From positions 1 through 28,759 of the forward strand of contig JBLNCY010000066.1 in assembly GCA_050261115.1 (NCBI GenBank): a stretch of DNA of 28,759 bases, given 5' to 3'. The position numbers were made by a program, and so were the translations under genes. The first letter of the stretch is position 1. Each line of letters begins with the position of its first letter. Positions 18,069 through 26,934 of this stretch are shown here, in pieces. This DNA comes from Methanocella sp. Its GTDB lineage: Archaea > Thermoproteota > Bathyarchaeia > Bathyarchaeales > Bathycorpusculaceae. The notes under the pieces were generated by a model. The model had not been told where the DNA came from, did no database searches, and saw only the letters and a list, made by a program, of their open reading frames with translations.

Positions 18069-18212
18069 TTAGTATCTTCTTGGTGGTCTGCGTTTTGCGT
18101 AGCACTCGCGGCAATAAACTGGTCTTGTGCCGTCTGGCTTGAAAGGAACGTCGCATTCTTTTCCACAGTCAGCGCAAGTTGCCTTGTGCATCTCTCGGTT
18201 ACCGTATGACAT
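18069..18212 (-). CDS. 47-aa stand-alone CxxC-x17-CxxC domain protein
   Basis: Manual translation MSYGNREMHKATCADCGKECDVPFKPDGTRPVYCRECYAKRRPPRRY; AGGAG upstream. Confidence 0.93.
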   Translation of the reverse strand: MSYGNREMHKATCADCGKECDVPFKPDGTRPVYCRECYAKRRPPRRY

Positions 18213-18515
18213 TTTTGCTATTTCAACTCCTACTTACGTTGTTGGCGAAAAACACTTTTTCGCATTTACCCAATAGACCCTCGAGGCTTATAAAGTAGGT
18301 GCCTCCTGAGGTCGCGTTACTCCCTAAGTGTCCATGTGCAGGCGCTTGCTGGTTTGCCTAAGAGAGGCGAGCGGAGGGAGGGATTAATAGTCAAACTAAT
18401 ATAGGTAAAATACTCATATAGGTGGTTAATTCGAAAAAAATGGTGAATTATTGGAGAAAAAGATGAAAAAAGGTGATAATGGCTTTTTCTCCACTAAAAA
18501 AGATAGTGAGGCCCA

Positions 18516-19154
18516 GTGAGACAGAAAAAATCCAGCTTAGGCGAACATCTCGCGTTACTTTCAGTGAAATACGGCGTTTACCCCAACGAAGTCTTCCAAG
18601 CACTCGTGGAAGCGAAAAAGAATGAACACTCAAAATGTGGCTGCCTAAAAATAGAGTTCCGCGGAAAAGTCAAAGGCGAAACCATATTTCTCATAACAAA
18701 AAACAACGACGTTGTGGCACAGTTCCGCTGTGAAGAAGAGTTCTTGCTGCGCAAAGACAACCCCTTTGAGAGCTGGATGAGCACCGAGAAAATCAAAAAG
18801 AAAATAGCAAAACAAAACACCGAATCACTCTACATTCAAGTCAAAGACCTACGTGCAGGCATGAAAAAAATCAACCTTAAAGCACGAGTGGAAGAGTTGC
18901 CCAAACCGGCGCAGGTCCGCACACAATTCGGCAACACCGTTAGCGTAGTTAATGCTCTTGTCGGGGACAATTCTGGTAAAATCAAGCTATGCCTTTGGGA
19001 GGCACAGATTGGCCAAATCAGCATCGGAGACAGCATAGAAATAAAAAATGGCCAAGTGTGCGTATTCCGAGGAGAAAAACAACTGCGACTGGGCAAAAAC
19101 GGCTCCATCGTGGTACTCCAGCATGCCGAAGTGAAACAGATCGCGACGGCTTAA
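18516..19154 (+). CDS. OB-fold single-stranded nucleic-acid-binding protein (SSB/RPA-like) with extra N-terminal domain
   Basis: VKDLRAGMKKINLKARV…VGDNSGKIKLCLW…GDSIEIKNG.V..FRGEKQL.LG; GTG start after GTGAGG. Confidence 0.88.
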   Translation: MRQKKSSLGEHLALLSVKYGVYPNEVFQALVEAKKNEHSKCGCLKIEFRGKVKGETIFLITKNNDVVAQFRCEEEFLLRKDNPFESWMSTEKIKKKIAKQNTESLYIQVKDLRAGMKKINLKARVEELPKPAQVRTQFGNTVSVVNALVGDNSGKIKLCLWEAQIGQISIGDSIEIKNGQVCVFRGEKQLRLGKNGSIVVLQHAEVKQIATA

Positions 19155-19296
19155 CCACCTCTATTGAATACTGCAAGCGCCCAAACTAGGTGCTGATGGC
19201 GCTGTTTTAGGCTTCTGCCTTACTCTATACAACTGTTGCTATGGTGGAGACCTCAAGGCAGAAAAAGCCACAACTTTATGATAAAAAAAGAAAAAG

Positions 19297-19422
19297 TTAG
19301 TTTTGGTCGACTAAATGTGCTGTACCGTCTGGGCAGTAAACCTTCTCGTCTTTTCCTACACGACGGTACCTTTCGCTACACATATGCAGCATTTCGCATC
19401 CGTCGCAGTCTCGACTCAACAC
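19297..19422 (-). CDS. 41-aa Cys/His-rich microprotein
   Basis: Manual translation MLSRDCDGCEMLHMCSERYRRVGKDEKVYCPDGTAHLVDQN. AGGAGG RBS, CTTATAAG TATA-like box at about 19469-19476, and a T-tract right after the stop. Confidence 0.75.
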   Translation of the reverse strand: MLSRDCDGCEMLHMCSERYRRVGKDEKVYCPDGTAHLVDQN

Positions 19423-19487
19423 TTCTTGTTTCGCCTCCTGTGGGGATTGTGTGCGTTGGCGTTTTTGACTTATAAGAGTATGTAATA

Positions 19488-19528
19488 TGGATGTATATAC
19501 AGGGCAATCTTTTCAAGCTATACATCCA
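19488..19528. promoter_or_regulatory. 10-bp perfect inverted repeat, candidate operator
   Basis: TGGATGTATA-N21-TATACATCCA, upstream of the 41-aa gene promoter. Confidence 0.5.
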
Positions 19529-19707
19529 ATAAAACGCTGACAAAAAGCTGGCAATAAAGCTTAAAAGTTGATTCTTATGCAAATATTAAAATACTTTCAT
19601 ATGGAGTTTGCTAAATTTTTTTAATTGATGGCTTGCTGAAGAGTCAACAATAAAGGGTGCTAGCGCGGGAAATTGCCATTGGCATGACAGCTTTTCTTTC
19701 AGTAAGC

Positions 19708-21708
19708 CTATTTGTGCTTGATTCTTAGAGTTAAAACAGAAATTGTTGCTACTGCGGTAATTGTAACTGCGATTACAAGGGCTAATGTTGTGTTTATGGT
19801 ATAGTCTTGAGGTGGCGTAATTGGGGTAGTTGTTGGGATTATGGAGGGTATTGGGGTGGCGGTTGGTGTGGGAGTTGGCGTCGGCCTAGAGGTTGGTGAA
19901 GGTGCGGGCATTGGGTTTTTGGTGTGGCTTGGGTTTAAGGGCAATGGTAAAGTTACTGTAGGTGTGGGTGTTGGTGTTATGTTGGGCGTTGGGGTTGGTA
20001 GATGAGGAGTCTCTGTGGGCTCAGGCTCATAGGTTAGTGCTAATATGGCTAGGGCGGTGGTTTCTGTATTAGTTTGGTTATTTGTCTTGTTGTTTTCTGT
20101 GTAGTAGGTTGCAAATCCGCCCCTGTTTTCTAGGCCGCTAGCACCTGTGCCTATCTGGCAGGACAGAAGGTTATTGTAGGCACATATGTCAAAGTATTGA
20201 TTGAGCGTTTTTGAAGCACAGATATAGAGGGCTAGTTTAAAGGTATCATAACCGCGAGTGCTGTTATAGGCGTTATCTGTAAAGCCGGTTCCATCCCATT
20301 TGGCAATGCCACATTGGTAGGCTTGGATGGCGTTTTCACTTTGACCGATATTTTGGTAAGCTATAGACTCTAAAAATGCGATATCAGCGTAGTCTTCGGC
20401 ACTTAGAACCCCTGTCCCGTTATTTATAGTACAATTGATATACGCTCCGTTTATCCTTCCGATTTCTATGTTGGATGCATTACTGATTGGCAATGAAAAC
20501 GCTGAGCAGTTTAAGATTTGATATTGATTAAGAATGACGGATTGATTTTTTGTCCACTCTATTGAAGCATTCCTTATAGTGTTCAGCAGATCGGCGATAG
20601 ATTCATCCTGCATACCGTAGTGGGATAGGGCGAGTTGGACCAAGTAGTTATCTGAGTAGACCCAGTAAGTCTTATTGTCACAATCGGGAGTTTCATAGAC
20701 TAAGCCAACTTCAGGATTAAAACTTCTAACGATATACCCTAATGCTTCCTCCAAGATGGCGGCTTCAGATTTAACCAGCCTGTAAGTTTGAAATGACATT
20801 TTAGGCTTCGAATCTACATCGAATAGCCCAAAGGTATCTTCTGCTAAAATGTCACCTTCAGTTTCTGACAATTCATACCATATGTAAGCTGACACGTTTT
20901 GGGATTGCAGAAGCTTGTAGCTATTATAGAGAAAGTGTGCTTGCTCTTTTTCGTCGTGGCCTCGACTGTTTGAGTGTTGCCCAGCCTCGGTAATCCAAAT
21001 GTCTTTTTGTGTAATGTTTCGGTATTGTTCAAGAGATTGCGTAATTGCCTTCTCAACTTCGGCGGTATAGTTCCCCCAGGGGTAAGCATGGAGGCTTACT
21101 GCGTCACAATGGTCCATTCCACCTAAAGCAGTTACGTTTTTTGCGAAATCAAGCCCTTTTGATACCCACTCTTCTTCTCCACTGTAGAGATGTAATCCAG
21201 CTAAACCTATAACAACTGCATCTGGCGAGAGGTTTTTTATCGTTTGGTTAGCGACTTTTAACATCTCTGCGTAGTTGGAGGCGTTTCCAATAAAGAATTT
21301 GGGGTCTGTTGGCTCGTTCCAAATTTCCCAATATTTTACCACATCGCCGAAGTTGCTAACTGAAGTCTGTATAGTTCGAACCCAGTCACTCATGCTGGGA
21401 ACTTCCTCGCTTCCGTTCATGGTATTGTGGCATAGTTTACCTATCAAAGAAATATTGTATTGTTTGCATAGTGAATAGATTGTTTGCCAACGACTGTCTT
21501 CACCGAGTTCAACGTCTGCTTCGACAAAAAATCCATTCTCTGATAGGCGTTTGGCTTGGAAGTCAGTCATGTTATGCGCCAAAACACCGCTAATCATGGG
21601 CTGCTCTGGTAGGTCGTCGGCTTGTACCCCAATTGACAGAGAGGAAGGCGCGAGCGCTATAAGTAGGAGTAGAAGGGGTAGGAGCTTGCGCATTTTTGAT
21701 TTAGCCAT
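19708..21708 (-). CDS. Secreted, membrane-anchored clan GH-A glycoside hydrolase with a second unknown domain
   Basis: Signal peptide; WEIWNEP acid/base, SLHAY, IWITEAG nucleophile, FGL; Pro/Thr linker; C-terminal TM helix plus basic tail. Confidence 0.85.
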   Translation of the reverse strand: MAKSKMRKLLPLLLLLIALAPSSLSIGVQADDLPEQPMISGVLAHNMTDFQAKRLSENGFFVEADVELGEDSRWQTIYSLCKQYNISLIGKLCHNTMNGSEEVPSMSDWVRTIQTSVSNFGDVVKYWEIWNEPTDPKFFIGNASNYAEMLKVANQTIKNLSPDAVVIGLAGLHLYSGEEEWVSKGLDFAKNVTALGGMDHCDAVSLHAYPWGNYTAEVEKAITQSLEQYRNITQKDIWITEAGQHSNSRGHDEKEQAHFLYNSYKLLQSQNVSAYIWYELSETEGDILAEDTFGLFDVDSKPKMSFQTYRLVKSEAAILEEALGYIVRSFNPEVGLVYETPDCDNKTYWVYSDNYLVQLALSHYGMQDESIADLLNTIRNASIEWTKNQSVILNQYQILNCSAFSLPISNASNIEIGRINGAYINCTINNGTGVLSAEDYADIAFLESIAYQNIGQSENAIQAYQCGIAKWDGTGFTDNAYNSTRGYDTFKLALYICASKTLNQYFDICAYNNLLSCQIGTGASGLENRGGFATYYTENNKTNNQTNTETTALAILALTYEPEPTETPHLPTPTPNITPTPTPTVTLPLPLNPSHTKNPMPAPSPTSRPTPTPTPTATPIPSIIPTTTPITPPQDYTINTTLALVIAVTITAVATISVLTLRIKHK
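19810..20030 (-). repeat. Low-complexity Pro/Thr linker-coding region
   Basis: PTPTP repeats in the translation. Confidence 0.8.
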
Positions 21709-21759
21709 AGCCTGCTATAGAGGTGACAAAGCCCTTTATTTTTTTTTTAACATTTTGCC

Positions 21760-22152
21760 TTAACTCGCGTCATGCTTCCCTTTTGAGGTTCCATTTTCTG
21801 GTCGTTTATTTTCTTTTGTTTTTACTAGTATTTCCATTTTTGTTCGGGTTTGGCATCGGGGGCATTTTAGGTAGGTCCAGCCGCCGCCTTCTTTGGTTAC
21901 TCCGTGGGGGCTAAAGAAGTCGGTTAAGAAGGATATCTCAAATTCGTTACCGCATTTAGGGCAGCGGTAAGCCGTGGACTCTTTGTGCCATAAAACAATC
22001 AGGAATAACCCGACTGCAACAATCGATAGCCAAACATACCAATAGGTTACGAGTAGAAGAAAGGCGCTGATTGTTACGGCTGCAATGTAGATGCCTATAA
22101 AGAGCAGCGACACTGCCCAGTCGCCTGATTTCGGTTTACGATATGCTGGCAT
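21760..22152 (-). CDS. Membrane protein with zinc ribbon
   Basis: Two TM helices followed by YRCPKCG and YLKCPRC. Confidence 0.85.
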   Translation of the reverse strand: MPAYRKPKSGDWAVSLLFIGIYIAAVTISAFLLLVTYWYVWLSIVAVGLFLIVLWHKESTAYRCPKCGNEFEISFLTDFFSPHGVTKEGGGWTYLKCPRCQTRTKMEILVKTKENKRPENGTSKGKHDAS

Positions 22153-22157
22153 TCAAC

Positions 22158-22634
22158 TCACCGAGCCCTGTTTATGGCTCTGCAGACTTGGTCTGGCTGT
22201 TTTGAAGAGAAAACAAACACTTGTCCCTCTTTAGGTGTTACTTCTACTGCATCTCCAAACGACGTAGTATATGCAACTGAGCCATCCGTGCCATACCGGA
22301 CGCCTATCCCAAAGTACCGCCCAAAGCCAGCTTTAGTTCTTTTACAAGAAGCCAAATCGTCTAATGCGTAGGATTTCTTGTTGAACCTGCCATATGTCAC
22401 GGTAAGCCTGCCGTCGCTTACCTGGATGCAAAGTCCGCGGTAATTCCAAAACAAGAAAACTATCAACGCTAAAATGCCCCAGGCAATTGCAACCCCAACA
22501 AGACTCTCCATCGATAAGCCATCGAAATACAAAATTGTAAAACTGACGAAAACCTCTAAGCAAACAAACATAGCCACAAGACCCTTAACTAGCCGGCCCA
22601 TCGGTACCCATTCGGAATAATCTACAGCTTGCAT
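22158..22634 (-). CDS. Membrane protein with PH-like C-terminal domain
   Basis: Two TM helices, then GIGVRYG…AY…GDAVEV…FVFSSKQP. Start at ATG 22634 is inferred. Confidence 0.75.
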   Translation of the reverse strand: MQAVDYSEWVPMGRLVKGLVAMFVCLEVFVSFTILYFDGLSMESLVGVAIAWGILALIVFLFWNYRGLCIQVSDGRLTVTYGRFNKKSYALDDLASCKRTKAGFGRYFGIGVRYGTDGSVAYTTSFGDAVEVTPKEGQVFVFSSKQPDQVCRAINRAR

Positions 22635-22808
22635 AACCCAAACAAAGGGACATCTCATCATTTATTTTTTCTTACGTCATTTTTGGGATATTAATGCTCA
22701 TACCGGCAGTTTCACTAAGATTCATATTAAGGCTAAGATTGACTGCCCGACATTCTAGAAGATTCTATTAACCCCTTGCAGCTATATCCCTTCTTGAAGC
22801 GATGGCAA

Positions 22809-24164
22809 TTGGTTAAGCTAACCTTCTATGGTGGGGTCAACGAGATTGGCGGCAATAAAATCCTGCTACAAGACAAGAAGACTCGGGTGATGCTTGATTT
22901 TGGGCAGTCTTTCACGTTTGGCGCGGACTACTTTGCAGGTTACTTATCTCCCCGCTCCGTGAACGGTTTAGGCGACTACTTAGCCTTCGATCTGCTGCCG
23001 CGGCTTGAGGGCCTCTACTCAAAAGAGATGCTTACCCACTGTGACCTGCCGTATTGCAAGCCAAAGATTGATGCAGTGTTTATTTCTCATGCTCACTTCG
23101 ACCACATCAATCATTTACGATTTCTGGATCCGGCTATACCCGTCTACTTGGGGTATGGCACGAAGCTCTTTATGGAATGCATGGAAGAAACAGGCTATTC
23201 CTGCAACTACGGCGATCATGACTTCTACCAGTTCAGGACGGGCGACAAGATTAAAGTGGGTAGCTTAACTGTTGAACCCGTGCATGTTGACCATTCGATT
23301 CCGGCAGCCTACGGCTTCATTATCGAAACATCCAAAGGCAATATCGTATACACTGGTGACCTGCGTAGGCATGGACCACGAAGCGACTTAACCGAGGATT
23401 TTATTGAGCGAGCTAAAGCCGCCGACCCAGTCGCTATGATATGTGAGGGCACCCGAATGGCCACTTCTGAGAATCGCCAAGACATAGGTGAACCTGACGT
23501 TAAAAAGTACGCTCAGCAAGTCATAGCTGGCACAGACAAAATTGTGTTTGCCTCACATTACAGCCGAGACATAGATCGCTTTAACAGCTTCTACAAGGCC
23601 ACCAAAAAAGCAAAGCGCAAGCTAGTCATAACACCCAAAACTGCATATCTGCTAACTAAGCTCCAGGATGATAAACATTTGAAAGTGCCTGATCCAATGA
23701 AAGACGACAACCTCCTAGTGTATTATAAGCGTAAGAAAAGCGGCAGCTATGACGACAAGGACTACTTCCTATGGGAGAGAGCCTTCATGGATAAGATGGC
23801 GACCTATGACTATGTCCGAAAACACCAAAAAGACCTCGTCATGGATCTAGATTTCTACCAGTTCACTGAATTAATAGACATCAGACCCCAACCTGGCAGC
23901 CACTTTATCCATAGCATGAGTGAACCCTTCAGCGAAGAAGACATAGAAGACCAAGTCATGCACAACTGGATTAACCACTTCCAACTGCTGTTCCATCAGA
24001 TGCACGCCTCAGGACACATGAACAAAGAACAACTAGCCGAAATGGTAAACTACATCAAACCAAAAACTCTGTTTCCGGTTCATACAGAAAATCAGTTGCT
24101 CTTCAAAACGTACTATAGCAGTGTCCAAACAATTGCGCCTAGGCAAGAATACGAGATACGCTAA
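22809..24164 (+). CDS. Metallo-beta-lactamase / beta-CASP ribonuclease (RNase J-like)
   Basis: GGVNEIGGN, SHAHFDH, VDHSIP, YTGDLR, HASGH and PVHTE. TTG start at 22809 is inferred. Confidence 0.92.
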   Translation: MVKLTFYGGVNEIGGNKILLQDKKTRVMLDFGQSFTFGADYFAGYLSPRSVNGLGDYLAFDLLPRLEGLYSKEMLTHCDLPYCKPKIDAVFISHAHFDHINHLRFLDPAIPVYLGYGTKLFMECMEETGYSCNYGDHDFYQFRTGDKIKVGSLTVEPVHVDHSIPAAYGFIIETSKGNIVYTGDLRRHGPRSDLTEDFIERAKAADPVAMICEGTRMATSENRQDIGEPDVKKYAQQVIAGTDKIVFASHYSRDIDRFNSFYKATKKAKRKLVITPKTAYLLTKLQDDKHLKVPDPMKDDNLLVYYKRKKSGSYDDKDYFLWERAFMDKMATYDYVRKHQKDLVMDLDFYQFTELIDIRPQPGSHFIHSMSEPFSEEDIEDQVMHNWINHFQLLFHQMHASGHMNKEQLAEMVNYIKPKTLFPVHTENQLLFKTYYSSVQTIAPRQEYEIR

Positions 24165-24336
24165 TGGCTTGTTTGGGTCTATTCTGCCTATATTCCTTGT
24201 TCATCGAAAAACAGGTTTTCAGAGTTCTTGTTACCGCCCGTATCACCGATATTGTCATCTCTCGCGAGGCGCCGCAGTTTTCACAATAGGTTGAAGCTTC
24301 GTCATTTTCCTGCCCGCAGCCCCAGCAAAGCCACAT
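24139..24336 (-). CDS. Small zinc-ribbon (RanBP2-like) protein
   Basis: MWLCWGCGQEN…YCENCG; GTGAGGGG upstream. Confidence 0.7.
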   Translation of the reverse strand: MWLCWGCGQENDEASTYCENCGASREMTISVIRAVTRTLKTCFSMNKEYRQNRPKQAISVSRILA

Positions 24337-24345
24337 AAAATCCCC

Positions 24346-24492
24346 TCACAATAACTCGTCAAACATGCTGTCGGACTCTTCAGTTAGCCGATCGTCCCAG
24401 CATTCCCAGCACATGCCATCATAGTCTTCGTATTCGCCCCTAGAGACTTCTCTCCCACACACAGCACACTCATATTTTTTATGAGACATCAT
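24346..24492 (-). CDS. 48-aa acidic zinc-finger microprotein
   Basis: MMSHKKYECAVCG…GMCWECWDD; GGGGTG before the ATG. The longer 5' extension looks non-coding. Confidence 0.75.
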   Translation of the reverse strand: MMSHKKYECAVCGREVSRGEYEDYDGMCWECWDDRLTEESDSMFDELL

Positions 24493-24787
24493 GGCACCCC
24501 CATTTTTTATTTGAGCATAGGTTCCTAATTGATTTTGCGGAAAACCACAACACGCCCATTTAACGGTTCTAAATTCATTTTCCTTAAGAGGTGCATTCTT
24601 GAGCAAAAGCAACTGAAGGATTACCAATATTTGCAATTTCTTAACTGCATTATCGTTTCAGTTTCTTGCGTTGTTTTGGTAGCGCTCTTAGTATCGGGAT
24701 AAGCGTTTATAGCGGTAAATAGTAAGGCTTGAAAATTTTCCATTCTTCCTACATGCTTATAAGCGCTAAGTTGATAGGTGTGAAATA

Positions 24788-26788
24788 TTGGAAAAGAAAA
24801 AGACATTAGGTTTGACATTAGCACTTGTACTTGTTGTTGTAATATTAACTCCATGCTTGAATTTGGGCTATAGCAGTGGTCAAGCAAGCCTCAGTGATAG
24901 AATGACTTTGATAGACAGCTCCTCTGGTATTAGCCTAAGTTATCACAAGATTACCTCCTCAGAGATATCGGACCTAAAAGCAACCTTGGAGTCTACCAGG
25001 AAGGAACCGACTACAATGTTGTGATTAACGGTCACGGAACAGTGCCTTATATCGAAGACAACTATACCTACTGGCCTTCGGAGGCTGCTTGGACAGAAGC
25101 GGCATACTACCGCGGCAGCGGTGGGTACCAGTTTCTCTATGTTGACTCCGACGAGGGAATCACAAATCTAAAGCGCCTTCTAGCAGCAGGTAATTTAGCG
25201 GTTACTACAGTCAACGCATACAGGTTCGTCGAATTTACAGACAACGACGTTTTGGTTGTGGACCGATACGGTCGTCCTCCGATAAATCATGCTGCGGCAA
25301 TAGTTGGCTACAACGATAGCATAACATACATTGAAAATGGACAAAACCGTTCTGGCGCTTTCAAGGTTGCAAACTCTTGGGGCATCGGAACACCACATCT
25401 TACATCAATCATAAATGCGACTAACTGGGAGCACGTAGTTGATGGCTGTTACTGGATTTCATATGAAACCATGAAGCAATCGCTGAGTTGGTGTGCCTTC
25501 TTCGAGGACAGAATTGGCTATGAACCCACTTTATTGGCTAAATTCCAAATCGACCACCCATTTAGACAAGAAGTATCAATTACCGTTGGCTTGGGAACTC
25601 CCAACGCTACGATTGCCAGAAAAGTCTTCAGCCATTACGAAGTGTACAGTGATATTAGGCATGGGTACGTTTTTGGCGGTGGCCACAGCTTCTGCCCCAA
25701 CAAAATCGTGCTAGACATAAGCGAATTTCTGAACTATGTGCCAGACATGTATCATCAGCCCTTCTACTTTGAAGTGAATGATGGAGAATTGAACGACGAT
25801 ACACTCAGCTACACACTTGGAAACATAACGCACTTTTCAATCCAAGACGTAACCTGCGATCAAACGCCGATCCAAACCAGGCACTATAACACCGTATATC
25901 TTACACTCAACTATTCCGTTGCTAATGCCTCACTTTCTATTTCACCTGGCTTTGGGTCGCCATCAGGTGAACTAACGCTAGATGGGGTGGGCTTTACTCC
26001 CGGGGGTTCTGTAACCCTCTCGTACCTCAATCCAGTAACCAGAAACTGGGCTACGCTTACTGAGCTAGCAACTGCCACACATAACTTTAGCTACATCTTA
26101 GAGGTGCCTGACTTGCTCAAGAATAACCCCCCAGTAGACCACACACCCCTATCTGATGTAATAGTGTTTAGGGCGCAAGACAACGTTGACGGCTACACCT
26201 GTAACGCGTCGACGCCCTATACGCAGTGGCGAAGAGGCCTAACTCAGCTTGGAAGCGTGAATGCTGCTGGAGTCTTTGGCAACAACACCGACTTATCAGA
26301 CACCGTTAACCGTCCAAAGAGGCCAATTACTGATTGTTGCGGGGAAATGGTTCTGTCCGGGCAATGGAACACTGCTCTGGGATAACCTTACAAACCTAGG
26401 ATCAGTGGCTATCGCTCCATCAGGAGAATTCAACACAACCATTAAGGTGCCCTACACCACCGCAGGCAAACATACCCTAGTAATAAACGACGGCAACTCC
26501 GACTTCAGTGTCACACTAACAGTCACCGTTCCTCAACCAGCCTCGACCTCAACCCCCACTCCAGCCCCGACAAAAGCGCCATCCACACCCAGTCCCACGC
26601 CAAGCCCAAGCGCATCTCCCTCGCCTACAATACCCGAATTCAGTGCTCCAGCTATCTTAGTGCTATTTGGTCTGGTGACTTTGCCGTTTATTCTTGTGCT
26701 GAAAATATACCGAAACGGTTCGATGCGCATTGAAGCAGGTGTTGGGTTCGGAAAAGCTGCCAAAAAGCAAATTGAAAGGAGGATTTGA
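24788..26788 (+). pseudogene. Disrupted secreted C1 (papain-like) peptidase with PEF-type C-terminal sorting signal
   Basis: Three consecutive ORFs are joined by frameshifts near 24988 and 26308. Signal peptide, NHAAAIVGYND, FKVANSWG, Pro/Thr/Ser linker and IPEF+TM+basic residues are present. No catalytic Cys motif. Confidence 0.8.
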
Positions 26789-26934
26789 AGAAGTCAGGCG
26801 GAGCCTTTTCTGCATAAGAGTTCGCGGAGTCTATGACTGAGGCGGGGAAGTCCACTTTCAAGGTAACCGTATCTGACGATTCCGACCATCAACCTTTAAT
26901 TCCCAAAAACAATTCCTAACAATTACTCACACTG

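Noticed and set aside
17915-18166. 83-aa minus-strand ORF from the track
   Set aside because: It is an alternative frame of the real 47-aa gene and runs through its terminator.
19236-19582. 79-aa (+) and 68-aa (-) ORFs from the track
   Set aside because: No RBS or motifs; the 41-aa frame has an RBS, promoter and terminator.
19810-20030. GGTGTGGG/GGTTGG repeats as CRISPR or satellite (likewise 26530-26630)
   Set aside because: Explained by Pro/Thr linker codons; there is no repeat-spacer periodicity.
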